A DNA stretch of 64,000 nucleotides. Source: a bacterium (GTDB lineage Bacteria > RBG-13-61-14 > DATKZS01). The notes beneath the pieces were generated by a model. That model worked only from the letters and a program-made list of their open reading frames with translations. It was not told where the DNA came from and made no database searches. The position numbers and the translations under genes were made by a program. The number at the start of each line of letters is the position of its first letter. The stretch's first letter is position 1. Location: NCBI GenBank assembly GCA_963674965.2, contig CAXXFL010000002.1, positions 448,001 to 512,000 on the forward strand, read 5' to 3'. Positions 28,257 through 37,702 of this stretch are shown here, in pieces.

Positions 28257-29951
28257 TTACTTCCTCAATACCTTTTTATCCACCTTGCCCACCGTGGTGA
28301 GGGGGATCGAATCGATAAACTCGATGAGGCGAGGCGCCTTGTAGGCGGCCATGTTTTTCTTGCAAAAGGCGATGATATCTTTCTCCATCTCCGCCTTGTC
28401 CTTACTTTTATGACTCTCTTTTAGCTGGATCACGGCTTTGACCATTTCACTGCCCGGCCTGTCCGGGTCCTTGACGCCGATAAGGGCGCAGAACTCGATG
28501 GCCGGATGGGAGGAGAGCTTCTCCTCCACTTCATTGGAAAATACCTTATACCCGCTCACGTTTATCATATCCTTCGAGCGGTCCACGATGGTAAGGAAGC
28601 CGTCCGAGTCCATTGTGGCTATGTCTCCGGTATAAAACCATTTTTCGCCCTGAAACTCGCGGATCGAGTTGGCCGTTTCCTCCGGTTTTCCCCGGTATCC
28701 TCTCATTACCTGTGGGCCTTTGACAATGATCTCCCCCGGCTCCCCAAGGGGGACCTCCTCGGTCCCGGCCTCGAGGTCCACCAGTTTGACCCGCGTGTTC
28801 TGCATGGGAAGGCCCACGCTGCCCGGCTTCTTCTTGCCCTTGAAGGGGATCATCGAGATGGTGGCGCAGGTCTCGGTCATGCCGTATATGTCGGAGACCT
28901 TGCCTTTTCCGATGAGAGCCTCCAGGGCCGTCAAGGTCTCGGGAGAGAAAGGGGCCGCGCCCGACACGAAGCCTTTAACCTGAGCGAACGGTAATGCACT
29001 GAAGCCGGGCTCGGAAAGGAGCATCTGGTATAGGGATGGCACGTTGCCCACGCCGGTGGGCTTGTACTTGGCCATCTCGGCCACGATATGTCTCGTGTTT
29101 CTGGGGTCGGGGATCAAAACCTGCGGGCAGGCGGTCATGAGAAAGCACATGCCCGAGAAAAGCCCCCCGATATGGAAGAGCGGAAAGCCGGTCAGGAACG
29201 CGTCTTTCCCTCTTTCCAGGTCGCACCACTGCCGGAAGTGAGTGGTGGCCGCCACCACGCTTCGATGGGTCAGTTCGGCTCCCTTTGGCTTCCCCGTGGT
29301 TCCTCCCGTGTACTGGATGAGGCACAGGTCGTCGGGTGAAATCTCGGGTCTTGAAAATCCATTTCCCCCCGCTAGCGTCTCCTGGAATGAGACCACCTTT
29401 TTCCCCTCGATCGGGAGCAGACGGCCAGAGGGAATTTTCTTGAGAAGCTTCCCGGCCGTCCTTTTTATCAGGGGCATATACTCGCCCAGGTTGGTGGCCA
29501 CCACGTGGGTCACGGTCGGCATGTCATTGGCCGCCTCCATCAGGCGGTGCTCGAGGATGGCGTCGAGAGTGACCAGGACCCTGGCCCCCGAGTCGCTAAG
29601 CTGAGACGCGATTTCCTTGCCCGTTAAAAGAGGCGAAACCCCGCTCTTGACGCAGCCGGCCCGCAGGGTCCCAAGCAAGGCGATGATGTATTGGGGCAGG
29701 TTGGGAAGGTTGATTCCCACGACGTCGCCCTTCTCGAGTCCCGCCCCCAATAAAAAGGAAGCGAACCTCCTCGATAAACGGTCAAGGTCGCCGTAGGTCA
29801 TGGTCCTGCCCATGAAATGACAGGCCGCCCGGTCCGGGAACTCGGCGAAAACCTCATCCATAAGGTCCACGAAGCTTGACTCCGGCAGGGCCATGTCCGG
29901 CTCCACGTGTGGATCATAGGACCTAACCCAGATTCTATCGTCCTCGCTCAT
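28257..29951 (-). CDS. Long-chain fatty-acid--CoA ligase (AMP-binding)
   Basis: YTGGTTGKPKG, YGMTE, FYTGDI, DRSKDMINVSG, GKVDKK. Confidence 0.93.
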   Translation of the reverse strand: MSEDDRIWVRSYDPHVEPDMALPESSFVDLMDEVFAEFPDRAACHFMGRTMTYGDLDRLSRRFASFLLGAGLEKGDVVGINLPNLPQYIIALLGTLRAGCVKSGVSPLLTGKEIASQLSDSGARVLVTLDAILEHRLMEAANDMPTVTHVVATNLGEYMPLIKRTAGKLLKKIPSGRLLPIEGKKVVSFQETLAGGNGFSRPEISPDDLCLIQYTGGTTGKPKGAELTHRSVVAATTHFRQWCDLERGKDAFLTGFPLFHIGGLFSGMCFLMTACPQVLIPDPRNTRHIVAEMAKYKPTGVGNVPSLYQMLLSEPGFSALPFAQVKGFVSGAAPFSPETLTALEALIGKGKVSDIYGMTETCATISMIPFKGKKKPGSVGLPMQNTRVKLVDLEAGTEEVPLGEPGEIIVKGPQVMRGYRGKPEETANSIREFQGEKWFYTGDIATMDSDGFLTIVDRSKDMINVSGYKVFSNEVEEKLSSHPAIEFCALIGVKDPDRPGSEMVKAVIQLKESHKSKDKAEMEKDIIAFCKKNMAAYKAPRLIEFIDSIPLTTVGKVDKKVLRK

Positions 29952-30223
29952 TCAATCCTCCCAAGGCATGGTATCGGTCCTTACCTTATAGCATACTTAG
30001 GCATTCCCAGTCACGCGGCGCCAAATGGACTCACGCGTGAGCCGCCCTCCCCTGAGTTGATCAATCACGTATGACTCGCTTTCAGGCCGCGTCCGCATGG
30101 AGAAAAATGATTTCGATCCGCATTGATCGCTTGCTTTCCCCGTTGCCTTGGGCTATTAGACGATAGACGACTCCGTCCGAAGGGACGTTGAAAAACACCA
30201 GAGCAAGAAAGAAGTCAATCGCC

Positions 30224-31804
30224 ATGAAAGTATTACTTATCAATCCTTATTATCCCATCTCGGAGGGGCCGTCCCCTCCCTTGGGGCTGGCCTTTATCGG
30301 GGCCGCCCTCGAGGCGGCGGGCGTGGAAGTGAAGCTCTTGGATTACGTGGTCTTCCCTTACGACAAGGAGGAACTCAGGTCGGTCCTCCTCCGATTCCGG
30401 CCGCGCTTCGTGGGACTGACGTGCGTGACCATGAACTTCCATGAGGCCATGCGCGTGGTGAGGGACGTGAAGGACATTGCCCCGGATATCGCGACGATTA
30501 TGGGCGGCCCCCACGTGACCTTTTGCGCGGAGGAAACGCTGAAAGAGCACCCGGAGCTCGATATCATAGTCCTGGGCGAGGGCGAGAGGACGATAGTCGA
30601 TCTGGCCAAGGCCGCCGAGGCGGATGCGCCCCTGGATGAGGTCCGAGGAATAGCGCTAAGGAGCGGCGCGCGAATAATACTGACGCCCCCCTCGGTGGGA
30701 CCGCTCGACCTGAACTCACTGCCCCTTCCCGCCCGCCACCTGCTGCCGCTCGGACGCTACAAGGCCCTCAACCTGGCCATCAGCATGACCACCAGCCGGG
30801 GTTGCCCCCACAAGTGCATCTTCTGCGTGGGACGACGCATGGTGGGGTCCAGGGTCCGCTACCGAAGGCCCGACCTTGTGGTGGACGAGATGGAATATCT
30901 GGCGGGCCTGGGCTTCTCCCAAATCAACGTGGCCGACGACCTGTTCACGGCCAATAAAAAGCATTGCCTGGAAATCTGCCGCGAGATCGAGCGCCGGGAC
31001 CTCAAGATCAAATGGTCGTCCTTCGCCCGGGTGGACACCGTCACGGCGGAGCTTCTGGCCATTATGAAAAAGGCCGGCTGCCGATCGGTCAGCTTCGGAG
31101 TGGAAACCGGAAGCGCCAAGATCATGAAGACCATCCAAAAGGGCATCACCATCGATCAGGTGGTCGAGGCCGTGAAAGCCTCCAATGAGGCGGGGGTCGT
31201 TCCCTGCGCCTCCTTTATCCTGGGCCTGCCCGGCGAAACCGAGGATACCCTGCAAGAGACCGTCGCCTTCGCCAGGAAGCTGAACAAGATGGGCGTGAAG
31301 TACGGCTATCATCTGCTCGCGCCCTTCCCCGGCACGGCCGTGAGGGAAAAAAGCCAGGAATACGGACTTCGCGTGCTGACCGACGACTGGTCGGAGTACA
31401 ACGCCGATCGCGCCATCGTGGAGACGGACGGCGCGGACAAAGCAACTCTTGACAAGGTCGTCGTCGATTGGGAGGAGAAGGCCCTGACCTATCTGGCCAT
31501 CATCACCGAGCTTGTGGCAAAAGGAGAGGCGGGCCAGGAGGAGGCCGCCTTGCTGGCCAGCCTCGATCGGAACATGCAAACCTACGGGCTGATGATGGAC
31601 AAGGCCCTCGAGACCCATGGCCGCTTTCAAGACGACTCTCAATCCCCGGACGGCCGGCTCGAGCGGCTCCTCGAGCGCCTCGCCGCCAACGGCTACGCCC
31701 CGGCGCCGCTGAAAGCCTCACTCACCCACGCGCTGGAAAAAGGAGTCCTTTCCCGCCGGGAGCAAGACGGCCAGGTTGAGTGGAGTTGGAGGGATTTTCT
31801 ATAG
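30224..31804 (+). CDS. Cobalamin-binding radical SAM protein
   Basis: PPLGLAFIGA, GGPHVT, GEGE, TSRGCPHKCIFC, FGVETG, FILGLPGET. Confidence 0.92.
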   Translation: MKVLLINPYYPISEGPSPPLGLAFIGAALEAAGVEVKLLDYVVFPYDKEELRSVLLRFRPRFVGLTCVTMNFHEAMRVVRDVKDIAPDIATIMGGPHVTFCAEETLKEHPELDIIVLGEGERTIVDLAKAAEADAPLDEVRGIALRSGARIILTPPSVGPLDLNSLPLPARHLLPLGRYKALNLAISMTTSRGCPHKCIFCVGRRMVGSRVRYRRPDLVVDEMEYLAGLGFSQINVADDLFTANKKHCLEICREIERRDLKIKWSSFARVDTVTAELLAIMKKAGCRSVSFGVETGSAKIMKTIQKGITIDQVVEAVKASNEAGVVPCASFILGLPGETEDTLQETVAFARKLNKMGVKYGYHLLAPFPGTAVREKSQEYGLRVLTDDWSEYNADRAIVETDGADKATLDKVVVDWEEKALTYLAIITELVAKGEAGQEEAALLASLDRNMQTYGLMMDKALETHGRFQDDSQSPDGRLERLLERLAANGYAPAPLKASLTHALEKGVLSRREQDGQVEWSWRDFL

Positions 31805-31837
31805 CGCGCTCCACTGGGTGGGCTGGGTCAACCGCCA

Positions 31838-32812
31838 GCCTTTAAATCGAGAGGAGATTACTATGGCTAAGAAAATATCTTTATCAGACATATGTGGCTT
31901 TCTATTTATCGCCGCCTTTTTTCATGTTGGATGTAATAATATCCCAAGTGAACCGGGCGAAAGCGTCACTCAGCAGAAATGCTTGCAAGGCAGTTTTAAA
32001 TATTATGAATCACATATTGATGATTGCCTCGATATTGCAAAGGAGATGGATGATCAGACCAAAAAAGGGAAAGTGTATTATATCGCGGCGTCATCTAAGC
32101 ATGCAAAATTGCATAAATTGTTCAAAAAAGCAGAGTCAAATAATGGCGATTACCGAGATTTAAGCAAAGCGGCGGATGAAGTGATTGCCCTTTACAATAA
32201 GGCCTTGGAATGCGATTTAGATGCGGGCGCCAAGCTGGAAATTTGGGAAAGTAAATCATCTGCATACGCCTATAGATCGGAAGGCGACATGAAATATCTA
32301 CCGGAGGTAGAACGAGAAAGTCTTAATTGCCGGCTTCATATATTACTATTGTCAATTACAAACCAAAAGGAAAATGAAATCATACAATATGAAAAATACC
32401 CGATATGCTCTAAACCATATGGCCAAGTAGATTATTCTAAATGCTTTGAAACTTATGAAGAAAGGTCAAATTATGTAGAAGAACAAAATCGTATTATTGG
32501 CGATCGATATTCTTACACTTTTGAATTTATTTCTTGTTGTCTTGACAATCGCCATGGCCAAAAGGAGAAGAGCAAAAATGATTGTCTAGAGTTGATCGAC
32601 ACGTACGTTGTCGATCAAGAATTGAAGAATGAGTTAATTTACTACGTACGCGAGGAAACCGTTCCAAAAAAACTTGGCCACTTTGATATTCCTGAACTAA
32701 AATAACCAACCGTCCTTGCATTAGGAGGCTATCATGTTTCCGCAAAACAAAGTCAGATTACTCTCCACAGTAATTTTCATCCTTCTTTCATGCCGCGCTT
32801 CCCTTGCCGAGG
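31838..32812 (+). repeat. ~975-bp direct repeat, copy 1 (lipoprotein gene plus first 26 codons of the next gene)
   Basis: Near-identical to 37703..38677 (offset 5865), from GCCTTTAAAT to GCCGAGG. Confidence 0.92.
31863..32705 (+). CDS. Cys-rich predicted lipoprotein (A1), immunity-like
   Basis: RBS GAGGAG; MAKKISL...FHVGC lipobox-like; low GC; near-identical to 37728..38570. Confidence 0.8.
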   Translation: MAKKISLSDICGFLFIAAFFHVGCNNIPSEPGESVTQQKCLQGSFKYYESHIDDCLDIAKEMDDQTKKGKVYYIAASSKHAKLHKLFKKAESNNGDYRDLSKAADEVIALYNKALECDLDAGAKLEIWESKSSAYAYRSEGDMKYLPEVERESLNCRLHILLLSITNQKENEIIQYEKYPICSKPYGQVDYSKCFETYEERSNYVEEQNRIIGDRYSYTFEFISCCLDNRHGQKEKSKNDCLELIDTYVVDQELKNELIYYVREETVPKKLGHFDIPELK

Positions 32813-33723
32813 AAGGATTTAAGGCCCCTTCCGCCGGCGGCATTTTCAAAGTACCGATCGAAAACAAGGGCGAGGTCACCATTCACGGGAACGCTATCGA
32901 CGTTTTCCGCCTCGAGGAAAACCCCTCGGATATCGTCACGGGCATAAGCTTCCAGCCTTTGCCCGGCGGCGATTTATTATCTGGCGAAACGGTTATTTTA
33001 ACCATCACTCCTTTGAACCTCGGAGAGATCGAGGACCGCGAGGCATGCGAGGCGTTTAAAAATCCCAAGGTTTACATCAAAACGGCCGCCGCCGAGCCTC
33101 TGGCCAATTACGAGGACATTATCGAAATACCGGTCGAGCCGGCGGGTTTCCACAATTTAAGCGTCGATTACGAAAACTGCGTTATTTACTGGAACTGGGA
33201 ATCCTGCAGCTGCTCGGTCGGCGGTTGCGGCTTCAGTTCGGGAAGCGACAGCCGCGAGATTCCCGGTTGCGAGTGGGCCAAACCGGACGACAACGAGATA
33301 CTCTCGACGGACATACCCGGCCGCCTTTCCGGCGACGACCCGCGAGCTCGAGTCGGAGTATTGGGCGCCCCTCTTTTCGAGGAGTACGCCGCGTCCTTTC
33401 TCGACTCGATCAACGTCGCCTCCCGGAGCGTCGATCCCTTCACGGACCTGGGACCCGATCTGTACGTTTCCGAGGGCGTCAGTGTCCTCGTCATCCCCTC
33501 GGCGTCGCTTTCGCCTTACGTAAATTCCGCGTCTTTCATCTCCAATCTGGACGAGTACGTCTCGGCTGGCGGCGTCGCCGTTGTTTTCTCACAGGCCACC
33601 GGGGATGACTGGTCCATCGTCCCCGGTTCTCCCGAGGCATTCGGTTATACTCAGGACGTTCTTTGCTATCGCGGCGGCGCCCGTCCCTCCGCCTATCATC
33701 TTTTGATATCCAGCGAGGCAAGC
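32733..33723 (+). repeat. ~990-bp direct repeat (module B), copy 1
   Basis: Near-identical to 36481..37471 (offset 3748); identity ends after GCGAGGCAAGC. Confidence 0.92.
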
Positions 33724-33834
33724 GCGAAGTCCGACGTTCATACCGACGGGTCCTTCGTTAACCGATCAAGGGGGCCGGTTTTCTGGGGGCCTCGAATTTG
33801 CCGGCAATTTTGCCGCATGGGAATAATTTCTTGA
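32734..33834 (+). CDS. Secreted protein module B1, probably 3'-truncated
   Basis: RBS AGGAGG; signal peptide ending ASLA; CSCSVGGC; VLVIPS..LDEYVSAGGVAVVFSQ (GATase1-like by eye); tail runs into the next promoter. Confidence 0.7.
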   Translation: MFPQNKVRLLSTVIFILLSCRASLAEEGFKAPSAGGIFKVPIENKGEVTIHGNAIDVFRLEENPSDIVTGISFQPLPGGDLLSGETVILTITPLNLGEIEDREACEAFKNPKVYIKTAAAEPLANYEDIIEIPVEPAGFHNLSVDYENCVIYWNWESCSCSVGGCGFSSGSDSREIPGCEWAKPDDNEILSTDIPGRLSGDDPRARVGVLGAPLFEEYAASFLDSINVASRSVDPFTDLGPDLYVSEGVSVLVIPSASLSPYVNSASFISNLDEYVSAGGVAVVFSQATGDDWSIVPGSPEAFGYTQDVLCYRGGARPSAYHLLISSEASAKSDVHTDGSFVNRSRGPVFWGPRICRQFCRMGIIS

Positions 33835-33859
33835 CACATTGATACGCAAATGTTATGTA
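33831..33859 (+). promoter_or_regulatory. Sigma70-like promoter for the 33931 gene
   Basis: TTGACA 33831-33836, 17 bp, TG-t-TATGTA. Confidence 0.5.
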
Positions 33860-33930
33860 CTGATGGATCAGGGGAAAATCGGATAATATCCAATCAGCCG
33901 AATCTATGGAGATCAAGGGGGTATTGATAG

Positions 33931-35580
33931 ATGGCCGGCAGAGCAAAGCCACTTATAATCGCGGTTGTGATATTGTTTACTTTTATGATTACAATAGCTT
34001 ACGGAATCGAGATAACAAGGGAGGAGCCGCTGGAGCGCGAGGCCATTTGGCTTGAACTGATCGAGCCGAAATTTACTCCGTATTACATTAATGTTTGGGA
34101 CTCTGACGGAGGAGTGACGGTTGCCGCTCGAACAAGTGAACCCATTTCATTCAGCGCACGAGACTCAGAAGACACGCAGCTTGATGAGCCAGAATTAGTC
34201 AGGAATTATGGCATTGTAAAAGCTCAGATTCATCCACTAAATACATCAGGGCATTATTCATTTAAAATAATCCCAGACTATCCGGAAAATCAATTCTCAA
34301 CCGACATTTCCAATCCTGGGACGGCAACGTTTAGGGCATCCGTACCCGGAAGCTATCGCATCGTACCTGAGTTTTACACTAGTGACGGCAAATTAATCGT
34401 GGTATCAAAAGGCCCTGAAGAACCAAATCAAGATGAGATGTTTGAGGCAAATTTAACGACATTTTCTATTAAAGTTAAAGATACCTGCAGAAGAAAAGTA
34501 TATCAAGTTGATTGTGAAAGCGAGGAAACAAATCAAAACTGTAAAAATATTTTTGGAGTGAATGAAATCGTAGAATTCAATATAATTATGGGAGATTCCT
34601 TATTACAGACATTTAGAGGCGATTGGACGCATAGCAATATAGACGCAGGTGACTTTGGATATAATGATGTCTATGCCGTTGATCCTGGTAGCACTAGTAT
34701 GGCTTACCCACGCGTTTTGGCTGAGGCCCATGAATACATCAATGATGCTATACCGATGTTTCAAGCCTCTACTACAGCAAATATTGCTGATACAATTACC
34801 GTAAAATTCAATAAGCGAGCAGGACATGATGGAGAGCCATTAATCGTAGCCAGACAAAAAGAGACATACAATTTCAAAATCTCTGAACCAAAATATTTTA
34901 TCCCAGTAGACTATGACCCGGCTATTCATCCCGATTATGTTCAACCTTGTAATAGCGGAGAGAGAGGAACGAAGTACTGCTCTGACTTGAATGCATATGG
35001 CCCGGAAGGAGACATTTCAACTGGGCAATCAATGGGAATTAATGCGGGATATTATCTCAAATTAGAGCCTTCTCAAGCTTGTTTCAGGAATATTCTTATT
35101 AGAGATAATTTCACAAACTGCGGAAATACATTAGGGCCAAACAACTGTATTAAATGGGTATGGCCAAATGGTGAAACTTACTGCCCTGCACTTGGAACAA
35201 CTGAAGGAGATACAAGCGGAACAATACCGATAGGTATTTGGGAGATGAATTTTGACAATATTTATAGGGATAAAGCAAAAACGGGCCTTTTCCCATTGCA
35301 ACTAATGAATGAGGTAGCGGAGATTTATAAATATCCTGTAAGAATCAAGATTGAATGGAAATCAACGTTATCTTCAGCGGGCTCTTGGAAAAATATTGGT
35401 CGATCAGGTTTTTGCGCGTATTTTCATCCAAATGGCCAAGCAAATGCGAGAAGAGTTGTCGACAGAATTGGTGATGGTGATACTCTCGGTTATCCGGAAA
35501 ATCCATGTAACAATAATATTGATGCCTTATATTACACTGAGTCTTCGCTCAAAGGTCCTTGGCTGAGACCATCGCACTAG
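33931..35580 (+). CDS. Secreted AT-rich Cys-containing protein (C), candidate effector
   Basis: Signal peptide ending IAYG; C-terminus SGFCAYFHPNGQANARRVVD...LYYTESSLKGPW. Confidence 0.78.
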   Translation: MAGRAKPLIIAVVILFTFMITIAYGIEITREEPLEREAIWLELIEPKFTPYYINVWDSDGGVTVAARTSEPISFSARDSEDTQLDEPELVRNYGIVKAQIHPLNTSGHYSFKIIPDYPENQFSTDISNPGTATFRASVPGSYRIVPEFYTSDGKLIVVSKGPEEPNQDEMFEANLTTFSIKVKDTCRRKVYQVDCESEETNQNCKNIFGVNEIVEFNIIMGDSLLQTFRGDWTHSNIDAGDFGYNDVYAVDPGSTSMAYPRVLAEAHEYINDAIPMFQASTTANIADTITVKFNKRAGHDGEPLIVARQKETYNFKISEPKYFIPVDYDPAIHPDYVQPCNSGERGTKYCSDLNAYGPEGDISTGQSMGINAGYYLKLEPSQACFRNILIRDNFTNCGNTLGPNNCIKWVWPNGETYCPALGTTEGDTSGTIPIGIWEMNFDNIYRDKAKTGLFPLQLMNEVAEIYKYPVRIKIEWKSTLSSAGSWKNIGRSGFCAYFHPNGQANARRVVDRIGDGDTLGYPENPCNNNIDALYYTESSLKGPWLRPSH

Positions 35581-35618
35581 GCACAAATACCATGAATAAT
35601 TGAACAATTAGTAAGGAG

Positions 35619-36440
35619 ATGGTTATGAGTCGCGAGGTATCAATCATTATTATTGTTATATTAGGTTTGATCTACTCCATTACCGGATGTAAAAATAAGA
35701 ATATCCCAGAGGAAAAGTCCGATAGTCCAAATATTACAGATAACCAATGCTTATCCAATGATTTTGAAATTAGCGCAAACTCTTTCCAGCAATGCCTTAA
35801 TATTGCCAAGACAACTGATAATCCAGATAAAAAATGCCGTATCTATTTCAGAGCCGTATTATATAAAAGGCAGGAAATACTCAAATTGCCTCAAAGCACA
35901 GAAGATAAGGATTATAATTTCGAAAAGATAAGTGAATTGGTTAATGAGCTTATTAATTTCGCGGATAAATCTTTAAAATGTGATTTAGACTGGCGTACTG
36001 AACTAACAATTTATCAACAAAAGTCATGGGCTTATGGCATGAAAACTAATTACGGCCTTAACCAAGAGCCGGGTTTGGATGAAAATATAATTTACTGCGA
36101 TCTTCATATATTAAGGTTAACGGATGAAAAATTGATAGAAAAGGACGCCGTCAGATATACTGACTCTTTCCCGTTATGTTCTGAAGAATTCAGAAATAAA
36201 TCTCTTAAATGCTTTAATACAACCGGAGAGAGAAAAAATTATATTAATAACCAAAATAACCTCTACTTTAACAAGCGAAAGTTATTCTCCTTTTTACAAA
36301 GTCGATGTAGAAATACTACTAATAAAACGGATACATTTGGAGAATGTATGGAAATGATTGATACAATCATCGATGACAATGAACTTAGAGATGAGTTGCT
36401 TAGTTATATTGGACCTCCGCCTAATCCTTCACCACAATAG
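35619..36440 (+). CDS. Cys-rich predicted lipoprotein (D), distant paralog of A1/A2
   Basis: RBS AAGGAG; ITGC lipobox; shares CLxIAK, CDLD, CxLHIL, PxCS, KCF and CxExIDT with A. Confidence 0.8.
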   Translation: MVMSREVSIIIIVILGLIYSITGCKNKNIPEEKSDSPNITDNQCLSNDFEISANSFQQCLNIAKTTDNPDKKCRIYFRAVLYKRQEILKLPQSTEDKDYNFEKISELVNELINFADKSLKCDLDWRTELTIYQQKSWAYGMKTNYGLNQEPGLDENIIYCDLHILRLTDEKLIEKDAVRYTDSFPLCSEEFRNKSLKCFNTTGERKNYINNQNNLYFNKRKLFSFLQSRCRNTTNKTDTFGECMEMIDTIIDDNELRDELLSYIGPPPNPSPQ

Positions 36441-36481
36441 AAACAATATAATTGCACTCTCTAAAATATCAGGAGTAGATC

Positions 36482-37696
36482 ATGTTTACGCAAAACAAAG
36501 TCAGAGTACTCTCCACAGTAATTTTCATTCTTCTTTCGTGCCGCGCTACCCTTGCCGAGGAAGGATTCAAGGCCCCTTCCGCCGGCGGTATTTTCAAAGT
36601 ACCGATCGAAAACAAGGGCGAGGTCACCATACACGGGAACGCCATCGACGTTTTCCGCCTCGAGGAAAACCCCTCGGATATCGTCACGGGCATAAGCTTC
36701 CAGCCTTTGCCCGGCGGCGATTTTTTATCGGGCGAAACGGTTATTTTAACCATCACTCCTTTGAACCTCGGAGAGATCGAGGACCGCGAGTCATGCGAGT
36801 CGTTTAAAAATCCCAAGGTTTACATCAAAACGGCCGCCGCCGAGCCTCTGGCCAATTACGAGGACATTATCGAAATACCGGTCGAGCCGGCGGGTTTCCA
36901 CAATTTAAGCGTCGATTACGAAAACTGCGTTATTTACTGGAACTGGGAATCCTGCAGCTGCTCGGTCGGCGGTTGCGGCTTCAGTTCGGGAAGCGACAGC
37001 CGCGAGATTCCCGGTTGCGAGTGGGCCAAACCGGACGACAACGAGATACTCTCGACGGACATACCCGGCCGCCTTTCCGGCGACGACCCGCGAGCTCGAG
37101 TCGGAGTATTGGGCGCCCCTCTTTTCGAGGAGTACGCCGCGTCCTTTCTCGACTCGATCAACGTCGCCTCCCGGAGCGTCGATCCCTTCACGGACCTGGG
37201 ACCCGATCTGTACGTTTCCGAGGGCGTCAGTGTCCTCGTCATCCCCTCGGCGTCGCTTTCGCCTTACGTAAATTCCGCGTCTTTCATCTCCAATCTGGAC
37301 GAGTACGTCTCGGCTGGCGGCGTCGCCGTTGTTTTCTCACAGGCCACCGGGGAGGACTGGTCCATCGTCCCCGGTTCTCCCGAGGCATTCGGTTATACTC
37401 AGGACGTTCTTTGCTATCGCGGCGGCGCCCGTCCCTCCGCCTATCATCTTTTGATATCCAGCGAGGCAAGCCCCGTCTGGAATGAACTAGGCAACTCTGG
37501 TTTTTGTGCCTATTTCTATCCAAATGGAAGCGCCAACGCAAGGAGAGTGATCGATAAGCTAAGTGAAAACGATTCTCCTGGCAATCCCGATGGTCCAACT
37601 TATCCATGCGCGGAGAATGGAAACTCATTGTATTACACTACAACTTCACCTAGAGGGCCTTGGGTGACTCAATCTAGTATTCCATTGCCAAATTAA
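36482..37696 (+). CDS. Chimeric secreted protein: module B2 fused in-frame to a variant C-type C-terminus
   Basis: Near-identical to B1 up to LLISSEAS (37471), then PVWNELGNSGFCAYFYPNGSANARRVID...LYYTTTSPRGPW. Confidence 0.8.
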   Translation: MFTQNKVRVLSTVIFILLSCRATLAEEGFKAPSAGGIFKVPIENKGEVTIHGNAIDVFRLEENPSDIVTGISFQPLPGGDFLSGETVILTITPLNLGEIEDRESCESFKNPKVYIKTAAAEPLANYEDIIEIPVEPAGFHNLSVDYENCVIYWNWESCSCSVGGCGFSSGSDSREIPGCEWAKPDDNEILSTDIPGRLSGDDPRARVGVLGAPLFEEYAASFLDSINVASRSVDPFTDLGPDLYVSEGVSVLVIPSASLSPYVNSASFISNLDEYVSAGGVAVVFSQATGEDWSIVPGSPEAFGYTQDVLCYRGGARPSAYHLLISSEASPVWNELGNSGFCAYFYPNGSANARRVIDKLSENDSPGNPDGPTYPCAENGNSLYYTTTSPRGPWVTQSSIPLPN

Positions 37697-37702
37697 TGAT
37701 TT

